A stretch of DNA of 64,000 nt, from NCBI GenBank assembly GCA_977862235.1, contig OZ374557.1, forward strand, positions 2,542,001-2,606,000, written 5' to 3'. The position numbers and the translations under genes are program-made. Of the stretch, positions 44,583 through 56,566 are shown piece by piece. Every line of letters starts with the position of its first letter. Position 1 is the stretch's first letter. The notes beneath the pieces are model-generated. The model saw nothing but the letters and a program-made list of their open reading frames with translations. It was not told the origin of the DNA and did not search any database. Origin of the DNA: Dudresnaya verticillata. Taxonomy: Eukaryota.

Positions 44583-46050
44583 TCACACTTGAACCTTGCC
44601 TTTCAGTCGGATCTCCGACTCTGGAAGCGACTGCTTCGAAACGCGAAGAGGATGCACAAACATGCGATCTGTGGAATACCATTGCCTACTGTCTCGCATC
44701 AGGACTGTGTAAGCATCTTTCGTGCTGTCTGTAGGTCGTGTCATGCTGCGGTCGCAGCTTTTCCCTACGAACAAAGCGCAGGGATATTCTGTGTTGTCCT
44801 TCGTGTACTCATACGTGCCTAGAATTCGAATTGCACTTCCGTTTGTAGAAGAAACGTCCTTCGTTACCATTTCGAGCCGGTCGGCAAGTGCAGTTATACC
44901 AAGACATCTGCATATAGTTCCAAAATATTTGAAACAGATGAACACAACGTCAGTCGACAATGACGGACACTGTGTGCTCTCGAAAGATGGGGAGAAGGAG
45001 ATTGTATTATCCTCTTCCGCGTTCATCTCCATGGACGACGTGGCCGTGTCGTCTCTCGTTGCCCGCCATTTCCTAGCGATAATAGCAAACTGCGCCACAT
45101 CGCAATCTGTAGACACCTTCAAACAGAATTGCGCTGTGTCATTCAGCAGTTCTCCGTCGTCCATGTGATGATCATCACCAGCTTCTCTGTTGAGCCGCGT
45201 CGGTGTTCTCCTGGCCCGTGCCGTCGGCGTGCTTAGCAGACTCTGGGGAGTTTCACGCAATGCCGGTACTGTCTCGGCCGGGGTACACGCCCTCGTATCG
45301 GCTGACACCCGTGGCTGGATTGGTGTCTGCAGTGTTCGGTCTTCCAGCACATTCGAAGATACACTTCTTCTTGTCGTTCGAGTACTTGCAGCCTTCTTTC
45401 CCTTCCAGCGAGCTGGAGCCTTCTGCATGAAACTGGCCAGGCGATGGCGAAGGAACCCGAGAATTCTTTCACAGCTTTGATCCAGGCCGGGGTTCAAGCT
45501 AGCTCTATCCGTGCCGTGCTTCTTTGCACTCGAGTCTTGACCTTCTCTATCTCTGAGGCCGTAGCAGAATAGCGTTGTATTAGAAAGCTGAACTCACGCT
45601 TCAAAGCAGAACTGTCCATAACCTCCACATCTTGCTCTCCACTATTGCGGCATTCGAGGTCTTGGCTTCCCTGGCGGCGCTGCTGTTGTTTCGAAATATT
45701 TTCGGTAGGCGGGCCCGCCCGCGTTCTCCAACTCAGTAGAGAATTGTCATTGTCCGAGCGATCTTGTTCCCAGACACGAAAATGTCTACCTGCAAGAAAT
45801 TCAACCTTCTCAACAGTTTGCCATATAGTCGTACTGAGTATTGGAAACATACTCAATAGTCGCGACCGGCATTAGGTCACCGTCGTCCATTTCAACAACA
45901 TCCAATACCTCAGCATCCCACCACACCTCGCCACCATTGTCCATCTCCCATGCACCTGTGCCACACCACCTGTACCCATTCATTGACAAGCGGCAGAGTG
46001 TTGCGCTCCCTGCACCTCCTCATGTTGCAAATCGTGATGTGCGAATGTTT
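44583..46050 (-). pseudogene. Disrupted ORF of unknown function (possible Tudor-like N-terminus and coiled coil)
   Basis: The 3' part of ORF 45910-46596 plus ORFs 45494-45856 and 44583-45497 abut through apparent frameshifts. Motif EWVQVVW...GQWWRGVV and heptad-like ALKREFSFLIQRYSATASEIEKVK. Confidence 0.4.
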
Positions 46051-46402
46051 GCTGATGCATGCAAAAGCATACGTCTGCGTACGCGATGAGCAGGCCTGTT
46101 CAGGAAACTGTGACAGAACGATGCCCAAATGCGAAGTGCGGGTAAATATCGGCAATTGTGCGACCGTGCGTAACAGGTCTGCAGGCCTGCAGGCCTGCAG
46201 TGTTCCATTTCGCAACTTGTCATGATTCTGGTCCATGAAATATTGTAGATCTACGCAGTATTTTGCTGAATCACCTCGAGTACTGGCAAAGATACGCAGA
46301 AAGGGCTTATCGGAAATTTGCAACGGCCGTTGCGCCGCGCGCGAGTGCCATACTGTTATCCGTCCCTCCGCGTAGAGACCTCTACGCGTCGATGCGTCAA
46401 TA

Positions 46403-47228
46403 ATGACTCCAACAACTAGGAAAGGCTCGAACAGAAAAACTAGAAAATCAGTAGCAGGCAAGGAATTATCCGGATATGTCGCGGCAACAGTATTAACAAG
46501 CAAGCCGAGGCAGTCCCCGGCTTTCAGACATTTTGTGGGCCCGCCCCCTGGGTTGCAGGAAGAGAGAGGTCGACCTCGTGATGTCGACAGATACAACCCC
46601 GGCCGGGTTTCGGGAATTCAGAACACACCGCAATCTCATCCTGACGGTCCTGGGTCGGACGTGTTAACACCGCAAGAGGACAGAGCTGGAAGCAGAAACC
46701 GTTCTTGTGAAAAAAGAGCCCAAGAGGAGACCTACAGCACAGCGCCTAGGAGAACTCACACAAAGTCCTGACGATTTAGCCTTGGGCCAGACCCGGCCGG
46801 GTAATGCCAGATATGAAGAGTCAGCTTCCACAGAAGAGCGCGCAACGGATAGTTCCATTCTGAAATCCAGGCGGCGTGGTTCAGTAAGACGAGAACTGGA
46901 AGAAACACCTGACAGCCGGCAGGCATCCATACCAAAAGGGCTCAAGCGTAGGCTTTTAGGTGTAAAGGTGCCTCGAAGTGTGGCTCAAAAGCGTATCGTG
47001 CAGGCGCGAAAGACTAGTTCGGCCGAACCGGTCGACGTTTCAGATGAGGGAGGAACTCCTGCTCTTGAAAGGCAGGTAGAGAAACCCAGACCCAATTTAT
47101 CTGGTGGTGAGGGGGACAACACCCCGTTGAACATAAGGAGAGGGCCATCTGAAACCCAAGTTCAGTCTTCTTTCCCGAAGTTAGCTTCAGGAGCTATTCA
47201 GCCTGGCCAGGCAGTCTTGGGAGCTTAG
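46403..47228 (+). CDS. Possible hypothetical R/S/E/P-rich protein (two overlapping ORFs, frameshifted)
   Basis: ORFs 46403-46771 and 46707-47228 overlap at an A6 run. Composition only; no recognisable domain. Confidence 0.25.
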
Positions 47229-48717
47229 AATGTAAACATCTACTGATGTGCACGTTCCAGCACCGCACGGAACTACTAGTAGTTCAAGCAACTGCGCTAC
47301 GCATACTACAAATTCATGTTAACAATCTTGCGTGAAAAGGGCGACCGACCTTTTCTAGAACGGTCTCAAAGAACCAGGTCCGGCCGGACTAGGCATCAAC
47401 CACTGCGATAAAGACCATTACTGCCACCTTGCGGGACGGCATCGCGATGCTTCCCATGCACGAAACGATGTGTCGGTATGCCACGACCAACTGGACCGCG
47501 TACGCGTTGAACACCGTTAGCAGGGCCGACGCCACAATTTGCTCCGAGCGGAGCTCCATATGTTCGCCCAGGTGGGCCCGCGTTACTTTGGAAAGGTGGA
47601 GGTGACTTTGGTGAGCCATTAGAGTAGCGACCATGGTCAGTTGCAACTGCGGCATGCCGGTCTGCGACCTCATGATGCCATGGCAGCCGCGGCTGGCCCA
47701 CGGGCATATAGCTTCTTCGTCGGCACGCTAATTTGTTCACCGACGGGATGCAGTTCGGCCGAACAAGAATTCCATGGTCTCCCATTGGTCCAGGATAAAT
47801 CTAGGCTGCGTGTTTTTGTTGTTAAATCCACAGCTTTGCCTGGCCAGGGACGTACGTTAAGCCGCAGCTCTGTGTGTTTGACCCGCAGATCAGGCCGGCT
47901 TGAAAGAGTATTTTTTGGACAAATCATATTTTCAGGGCCATCAAATGCGTGTGCGTGCACGTAACCGTCCCACCACAGTGGCTGTACGCGTATACCGATT
48001 CATGGCTGCTGGAAACTGCAGCAATGACGTATGTACTGCACTTCTGTCGGGCCTGACTGCAGCTCGAAATACGAAAAAGGCGGGCACGCCCGAGTCGCAG
48101 CTCTGCAGCGCGTCCCTCATTACGATGTGAATGATGCTTGTGGCGTAGCAACGCGGTCGCATTGCAAAGTCCCCAAACTGCGGAAACCGACAAACAGCTT
48201 TGCGCGGCGACGCCGGAACGCCCATTCTGCACAGATTGCTATAATAATTGGGGCTCCGAATCCGTTCACGTCCGTGAGCGGGAATGGACGGAAGGAACCA
48301 AAAGAAGTTTCAGGGGCGACGCAAAACTCGACTGCGCTTATGGGTGGATAGCGTTGGAATGCGAAGCAACTTGAAAGAGCTGTTTCTCCATGAACATTCC
48401 AACGACGCAATTGTAGATGAGTTCACAAGAGATGCAAGCCCTGTCAATACAGGTATCGCGGCCGAGACTGCAACACATGGAGATGGCCCTGGGGCAGCTT
48501 TCAAATCGGGTGACGCGGGGCATTGTCAAACACTAGCACTTCCTCCGGGCCACAAAGCGGGTCAAGAACAAGATCCGCCCCATTTCGCCGACATCGAAAG
48601 TGAGTACGACAGAGAGGGGCCCCTCGGCAACGTTAATAGAGCTACAACTGGTGGCAATCATGCAGATGAGCTTTCCTTACAAGGGTCAGACAGTGACGAC
48701 TCGGAGAATGACGTGAC

Positions 48718-49300
48718 ATAATTGTCACCCGGTCCAAACTGCCCTTCGTTCGTACCGTTTTTTGCTTTAGTCGTGGATTGGATGCGCGAATCCCTTTGCG
48801 TAAGGACCGACCAACGATCTTCTCAAAAACGCTCCGGATTGATCCATGTTGAATATCAGCCGTGGATCTGTGATTCTGTATCGTTTCAATGCAGGATTAA
48901 CTCTTGCAATATGCTCGCAAATGTTGTGCGGGGTCACAGCTTCTACGTGTTTGTTCTCCACCTGTTGCACAGCTTGATACCGGAGATTTTGGGGGCTCCT
49001 GACTCCATCCAGGTACCTACGCGAAGATCGTTTTTCTCTGAATAGAATGTTTGCCTGCTCCTTTTCAGGTAGCAATTCAACATATTGCTGAACAAGGTCG
49101 AGCACTCCTTCCTTCGTCAGTGGAGTATTATTTCCGGCATAATACTGTACTACGTCCGCTAACAAGAGCTCGTGTCTCCTCGCAAGAACGCATGGCCGTC
49201 GAGACGGGCTTCTATCCCACTGAATGTAATTGGGGCTTTCCGGCTGCGTGCCCGGTGCTTTTTGGGACCAGTTCGCGAATGCGGTGCGACGTTTCTGCAC
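48718..49300 (-). pseudogene. pogo/Tigger/Fot1-like transposase fragment (CENP-B-type HTH plus start of the DDE domain)
   Basis: RRPCVLARRHELLLADVV...PLTKEGVLDLV... followed by YRITDPRLIFNMDQSG and, after a frameshift, TKGSLDRVTIM. The rest of the catalytic domain is absent. Confidence 0.75.
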
Positions 49301-49781
49301 CGATACGTTTTGCTAGGTAGTCAATACTTGCCATGTAGAATGATCGTCGTTCACTCTGTGGAATATGGCGACGCGGAGGCACTCGGTCTCATCTCCCATC
49401 TTGTGCTGGTGATCAGCTCGAGTGGGGATCTACAACTCTGTTGGTGTGAGCAGAAGAGCGGCCAGCGGCTCTGTTGTGGGGTGCTACGCTGCCGGCGAAA
49501 GCGCAGCAGCTCCTTTGAGCGCCCAATTTGAATCTGACATATACCTCGCGCTTTTGTGCTTCATTGTCGGCTTCATAAATAAGTCCAACTAGCAGGAGCT
49601 GACTTAACATCTCTGAAAGAGGTGTTGCAGCGGCCTCTGTCACCATAAAACTGTGCTGACGGGGGTGATCTGCAGCTTGTTGAAATAGGAAAATTTGTTA
49701 TATTAGGTGAAGCACGGTTGCTACCGGACTATGCTTCAGTAGAGGCACGCGCGGCCCAGGAAAGATCTTGCGCTTTACCGT

Positions 49782-51639
49782 TGTGGTATGCGTATGTGGG
49801 AGTGGTCAAGAGGCCAGTAACGGTGCGTCGCACACATGAGACTGTTAGATATGACATTTGTGACACGGGACACGAGTCATCAGCAGTGAACGGCCTGGAG
49901 GGTCCTTGTACTAGAGTGTCAGGGGACCTTGGTCGAGGTTCGCTACGGGGCGCCTCGTTGCGCGCGCGTCCGTGCAGACAACGAGAAGTTACTCATAGGA
50001 TGGAGATCGTGTGGTACAGTGAGCCGCCAGGGGCTGTAAGTGTATTGCCAAGGGGGGTCCCCCTTTTTCGCTTTCAGGCGGGTTGATATTCCGCGTCTAC
50101 CGACGGGCGACCGCCAACGGCGCGCACAACTCGCCAACCGCGCAAACACGTCACCGACGCATGCCGCTGGCCGCCCGGGCCAGAACGGCTCGTTTGGCGT
50201 GCAGACCGCAAGCCCGAACCCGGAACACTGTACGGCGCCACGCGTGCGCGCATGGCGCAGTGGCGGGAACGTTCGCTGTAAGCGTGGCCCGGATCCGGAT
50301 CCAATCGGGATCCTACATCGGGATCAGACTGCGGGATTAAGAGGTGTAAGGTACGCGCCTGTAAGCCTGGCGCATCCGCATGGCTGGCCCGAATCCGGAT
50401 TGGATCGGAATTAGTGCGGATCGTGATCGCACGCACCATGAGGCGCGCGCGGCTGTAAGGAAGTACATCCACGTGTATGTGTAAGTATTCGAGTGGAGAA
50501 GCTACGCGTGATCTGTCAGGAGCGTGTCTGCATGACGGACGGATTTGTCAGACTCGCCTCGGGACAACACGTGTCCCGAGTTCCCGCGCGGCGCGTACGC
50601 ACGCGTCGCCGCCGCTAGGTAGTTCTATACTTAGTTGATCCGTCCCAGACGTTGAGGTAAACTCCCGGTAAGCCGGCATTGGTCCAGACTTCCCCGTTCC
50701 GCACGCGCGTATCCTACCGCTGCCTACGGCCTAAGCGTCTACCTCCCGTGCTTCCACGTTCATCACCGTCCTTGAAGTGTTTCCTTTTGGTTCTCTTTTG
50801 TTCTTCCTTTCCGCCTCGTTTACAATCCGCCCAAGGCGTGTCAACCGCTCTACCACAAGCCGCCCAAGGCGAGGCTACTCACCGCCACGGGCGTCGCTAC
50901 CCACTGAGCCCCGAACTGCTCGGCGGTACTCCGTCTAGGACGTTTGCACCACAGTAAGCACGTACACGTGTTTTGCACCTGTAATGAGAGGGTAATATTG
51001 CGCGTGGCATGCGCCTGTAAGGCGCCGCACGTACTGACGCGCTGTAAGGCCCAATGCATTGCTGGCCACTCTGTATGGCATTGCTGGGAACAGCACGACG
51101 CCAATGAGATGGCTGGCCATGATAGGCTGATTTATCATGGCCTTCCGCGCAGGAGCGCGCCCGAGTCATGAGCAGCTTACGTGCGCAGGACGGTGTACGA
51201 CCGCTCACTGCCTCATTGTAACTATTAACGCTAACTACGATAGATTACAATAGGAATAGTGGCGAGGGCGCTTTCGGACTTCGCCATATTTATTGCGCCC
51301 CTGACTAGCAGGGGTCTGCTGAATAGAACCTACGGTGGGTTTCGGCTCTGTACCCCTTCTTTGGTCTACACGGGCTCACCGTACTCCCCCTTCCAGATGG
51401 TTTACAAGCTTTAGTCTCGTACGGCTTTGTATTCTACGAGTGTTAGGACGGCGCCGTCCTTTTTCCCTTTCTTTCAGGCACGCTAGCCTTATTCCCTTTT
51501 CCCTCAAGTCTCTACCAACTCCCCATTTTGCGCTACCCTCGTTAGGGGGTGTGCACGCACGGGACAGCTGTCCTTTCCGTTTAGCGGGCTACTGGCTCGT
51601 CGCGCCATACTACTACAGTGGTCTCCCGAGCTAGAATCG
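49782..51639 (+). mobile_element. Orphan gypsy 5' LTR plus PBS (left boundary uncertain: 49782 or 50010)
   Basis: Ends TACTACA at 51617, followed by PBS TGGTCTCCCGAGCTAGAATCG (51619-51639), complementary to a tRNA 3' end reaching into the T-loop. Recurrent CTGTAAG motif also seen in the other LTRs. No gag or pol follows. Confidence 0.6.
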
Positions 51640-52059
51640 GTTCTGGGTCGGTTCCCTTTTTTACCTCAACGTCAGCCCATCGCTTTGGAATTTTCAAGGA
51701 TCGCGTTTCTCCCGGCTAGATCTCAAGGTTCGGCTACCTGACGTTGAAACCCTAGTCGTCCGGGTGACGACGGGCCCTAAGCTTCATATCAAGCGCTGGA
51801 GTAACGTCAAATCTAGTGCAAGCACCCCTACCGCCATCGCGGTTTATTAAGTTCAACGAGCATATCCTATTCGTGAATTGACGCCCCTTCCGGGAGAACC
51901 TCAACAGGTTATCGTAATACCTGTGCAAAAAATACGTCCTTGTACGGGCTGTGCGGGCGCGCATTGCGGAAAGACCGCGTGGCCAGAATCACCCGTAACC
52001 CCGAGAACGACGGTTCTGAAGAAGATTGCCCACTTGGAAAATTTTCCCGTCAAGCAACC

Positions 52060-52672
52060 TGTGGTATAGCTGTCAGCACACCATCAGCAGCGGCTGTAAG
52101 GTATGCTGGCAGCCCCGCAGTGTAATGGTGCACACGATGACGCCCGCTGGCGAGTCGTGGTTGCGCAGTCTAGCGTGCCCTTAGTTTTTTCGTTGATTTA
52201 GTAGCGGTCGACCGCATTGCTGTCGACAACGGCCGCGCGCCGCACACGGCGCGCCCCAGTGGCGCTCTCCGGCATCGAGCCGTTGAGAGGACCGCTGACC
52301 GTTACGCCCCGCGAGAGCCCACGGGTAGCCCTTACCCGGACGTGTCGACACGTGTATGGGCGCGCGCTCGCACACCTCCAGCGTTGGTCTTGTGGGGCTC
52401 ACCTACTGTAGAGTAGCCGTAGTGTACATTGCGTAGCGTAATTAAAGCCGTCTGCCATCGACGGCTCAGTAAACCGGGGAAGCAACAGCTCGCGCTGAAG
52501 CTTGCCCCCATCCTCTTCGGGTTCGATCCCTTTGCCTTGCGCCAGCGGGCGGTTTCCCTTTCCCCTTCGCCTCGCTAGGTTTTCCCCTTTCCTTTTCCTT
52601 TCCGTCGCCTTCGTGCCGCCCTTCGACAGGGACGCTGGGATCCGGCCGCTGCCTACCGGCGTACGGTACGCC
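52060..52672 (+). repeat. Family S LTR, copy 3, 3'-truncated
   Basis: Starts TGTGGTATAGCTGTCAGCA and aligns to ~10736-11349, then homology stops. No TSD. Confidence 0.9.
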
Positions 52673-53078
52673 CTCTAGACGCTCGACTGCCCCAACCAAG
52701 ACTCAGTGTAGTGTGTGAATGATCTCTGCCACCTTCTCCCAGAAGGCGGCGGACCGAGGCAATTTATGTTGACCTCGGTGCAAGGCACAACGGGGATTGC
52801 GTAGTAACGTGCTATAGCAACGTACCTATGTCAATCTTAACGGTTAGCTACAACGTCCCTCTTCCCTACTGGAATGGGTCGTGCAAATCCTAAACAACGG
52901 CAATGTGGCTTTCACTAGCTTGAAGCCGGTTGCTCTCTACAAGCAGTCTATGCTTTTCAGCCTCTGCGCGTTACGATGCGTAACCGCAACCATCTACAGG
53001 GCCCCATACATGCGAGTACCCTAGTGCTCGTATGTATCATTAATTATTGCTAAGTTGCAATTGTCTTAAAGACTTCTT

Positions 53079-53925
53079 TGTAGTGCAAAGACCCGGGGAG
53101 TGCCGCATTTTATATCGCTTTCGCGCGGACGCCCGCGTATCTCGGTCAACAGTCGCCGACGAGCGCGGGTGACCCGCGATGAGCGCATACACCGGCATAC
53201 GACGCGACGGGCAGACCCCCAAGCCGGCATCGCGCTTGCGAGATCGCGCCAATGGACGTCGAGCCCTTGGCACGGCACGTGCACCAGCGCGACATGCGCC
53301 ACCGCCGCACACGCGGGACACGAGCCCACGCGTACACGCGCACACGCGCGCTGCATATATCAGAGGGAGTCCTCGACCGGGTGCGCGCCAGCAATGCGCA
53401 CCCTTAGATTACACTGATTTACAGTGCGGTAGTAGTATTTCTACGCTAGGTATTTTTGCGCGATATTTTAGTGAGCTCGCGGTGCGCGCGCATGCCAAGT
53501 GTCAAGCGCACGGCGCCACACACGCGCGCGCACCTCCCGCGGGGGATACTTAGTGTACGGGGTGAACCCCCCTCACAGTAAAGCGCCAAGCTGGCTTTGG
53601 GACCTGAGGATTCCCCAACTTCGCTCCCGGTGACAACACCGTGTGTGACCTCGGCCTATGTACCCTGTTCCGTTGCTTGTCTTCGCGGCATTCACCGGCG
53701 CAACTGCCTTTGTCGTTTTACGTGCGCTACAGCACTTCTACGTGGGCCGGGGGTTTACAGTCGACCCCGTCCACGTCTCAACCATCCGGGGCACACCCCG
53801 TGCCTCGTCTGCTCTACGCAATCTACCGACACCCGCCTCATCGCGTGGTGTCTGCTACCACCCTCGCGGGAGACCGCTCGAACACGGTTAGGGGCAATCC
53901 CCGGCTGTTGGGGTGTTGCACCACA
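53079..53925 (+). repeat. 5' LTR of gypsy element 3 (~847 bp)
   Basis: 9/10 terminal inverted match and a PBS 3 nt downstream. The partner LTR is outside the window. Confidence 0.7.
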
Positions 53926-53998
53926 AAGTGTCTCCCGACTTAGAAGACTACTTCGACCAATCGAGAGGCTTACCTCGTTTTCATCCTATCAAGATCCC

Positions 53999-56566
53999 AT
54001 GGAGAACCCTCCGGAAGTACCACAAGGGTCAACTATCTACCGCCCTTGGAATTCCACTTCTCCCCTAATGGGACCGTCGAAATCGAGGAAGACCTCGTCT
54101 ACTCCAGGGACCATAACGGTCCCTGCTTCGCGCTCTCGCCCGCAGGAGGAACGCCAGGTTAGTCCCGAAATTGGCGTCGCCTTTGGTGGCCACTCGACGG
54201 CTACACGTCGCTCGGACGCGTCCGCGACACAACCGCCGCCGCCATTTCCATCGCCACCAACGGGGATGACCACCGAGACTCTACCTCCGCAGGTTTCTGC
54301 GCGTAGCGCTTCCTACCCGGCCGCCAACAACGGCGCGCCAGGCGAGGATGGGCCCTCATCAGTGTCTCCCGAGGATATTACCTCGATCCCGACACAAGTC
54401 GTTCCGGATAACGCTCCGTCGGGCGAGCACTCGCACGAAGAGGCACCTCCGGACCCAGTACCCCCAACACCGGTGTCAACCCCCGTTCCAATTCCAGCCC
54501 CAACTGGCGCTTTTGTGCAGTCTGGGGCCACTTTGCCACGAGCGTCCATTCGCGCCGTGTGCATTAACGAGGACCAAAACCTCGCGTCGCGACTTTCGCG
54601 GCAAATCACGGGTTTGCAGGCGTCACTCGACGCCGCAATCCGCGATGAAGCTGACCGCGTGGCCCTCCTAGAAGTCAGTTACGACGAGCTTGTCATCAAT
54701 GTCAATGCCCTGTACCGAGGCGTCACGGAAGGCCGTGCCGGTACTGCAGAGGCCACCCTCGCGGGTGACCTCCGTACCCTACTCGCGGATGTGAACGCGC
54801 TACTCGAATCCCACGGTGAACCGCGCCAGGACGGAACCGTACCCGAAGAAGAGAGGTTCGCTCGGGTTGCTGCTCGTCTCTCACGACTGGAAGACCAGGC
54901 CTATAAGTGCGCGGTAGGCCGCTGCTGTGACGGGGACAACCACCGAGTTCACCACCAGGGTGGGGATTACCCCGATAATAACGAGACTCCCGAAGTCGAC
55001 ATCGTGGGGTCTCGCAAGGGGAAACCCCCGAAAAAGGAGCCTCGCAGCTCGCGCCGTGAACGGCGTGAACGCCGCAAGCGCTACCGTAAGCGCAAGAAGA
55101 AGACCGGCGTCGTCGCCGTGGTGACCCCGCGGATAGCGACCCCTCTTCGTCCTCTTCGTCCTCGTCATCATCGGACTCGTCGCATAGTTCGTCCGAGTCG
55201 GACTCCAGCCGTGACGGCGATATTGCGCCCCGGCGGAATCGCCGCTCTAAGCTGGGTCCGAAATACCGGTCGCTCAAGGAGCACAAGCCGACGGGCCCAC
55301 GCTTCGACAACCTCCTGTCATACCACCGTTATCGGCTTCAGAAACGTCGCAAAAGAGGACGGGACGCGAAACGGGGAAGATCCGCGACCAGATACGCCGC
55401 CTCGAATTGACGATGAAGGATAATACCTTTTACCGGGGGAGACCCCTTCATGATTCTCGAGTTTTTGGCTCGCTTCGTAGACGAGGCGGACACCGTCGAG
55501 ATATCGGAAGCCCAGGCACTCCCCGTTGTGGGATACTTTCTACGTGGAAATGCCGCCTCGCTTTTCCGCTCGACCAAGTCATCGCCGTCTAATGCATCCG
55601 GAGGTATCTCCGCTTGGCCCGAGGCAGTCAACTATCTGCTTCGGACCTATGGGACTCCAAACGCCATTCGAGAAGCCACTCTCGCGCTCCGTTCGACACG
55701 CCAACGTCAGGGGGAGAAAGAAGCCGATTACCGCGATAGGCTTAGCAAAGCATGCAGCCCGCTGCGGGAATGCATACCCGGTGTGGGAGAAGATGACCAT
55801 CTTTATTGATGGGATAGACCCAGCTATTAGCTCATTAGTAGCACCATACCGAGAGGAAATGCGTCGTGGAGAGCTGTCGTTTGAACGTCTTGTGCATTAC
55901 GCACAAGACGAGGGGGACGCGCACCGAGCAAGGCTGAGCCTCCCCAGGAATAGAGCTCCACCGTTGACGGTACCGAACTGCCAAGAACATAACCGGGGTC
56001 GTCCGTGGAATTAAGCGACAGGAGCATCGGTGCCCGCCAAGAGCAAGAAGAGGCCGACGGTGAACTTCACCTGTTCCAAACGGACGCTTCGGTACCAACG
56101 ACGGACCTACCGACGGATACGATCTCCGAAGATGCCGACCCCGCACTGGCTTTTTATCAACGGGGCGGATCCCCGCGTAACATCCCGGCCCTGCGTATTC
56201 CGTATCAGGAACACGCAAACCACGTCGCCCAGGCGCGGCCGGGATGGCAGGACCGCGGACCGATCCCCACAAGGGATGGAAGTGGGCCCGACCGCAGATT
56301 ATCTGCTTCACGTGCTACGCAAGGAACCACCTCTCAACCGAGTGTGTCCACCCCTTCAGTGACCCGGCGTCGGTGGTCCGCAACTTCGAGGCGCTATCGC
56401 CGGAGGAACAAGCGCGGGTTCGCCGCGATTCGTATGCCAAGCCGTGGAGGCAGTCGCGCTTCGACTTCGTCAAGCTGGGGTAGATCCCCGTCCTCAGGTG
56501 GCCGAGAGTCACCCGCAGGTGCTACGCCGCGGGGACACCGCGGTTAACCGCGCCCAGGGAATCTAG
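53999..56566 (+). pseudogene. gag: Gypsy element 3 gag pseudogene
   Basis: ATG at 53999 (MENPPEVP). ILEFLARFVDEAD...WPEAVNYLLRTY...RQRQGEKEADYRDRL, FIDGIDP, and a CCHC knuckle CFTCYARNHLSTEC. Several frameshifts. Confidence 0.88.

Noticed and set aside
48250..48721. Possible piggyBac-like end plus an acidic ORF (48284-48721)
   Set aside because: No TTAA target site, partner TIR or catalytic motifs. The resemblance is too weak.
53597..53998. N-terminal extension of the 608-aa ORF
   Set aside because: It starts at a TTG inside the 5' LTR. The first ATG after the PBS (53999) is the more plausible gag start.
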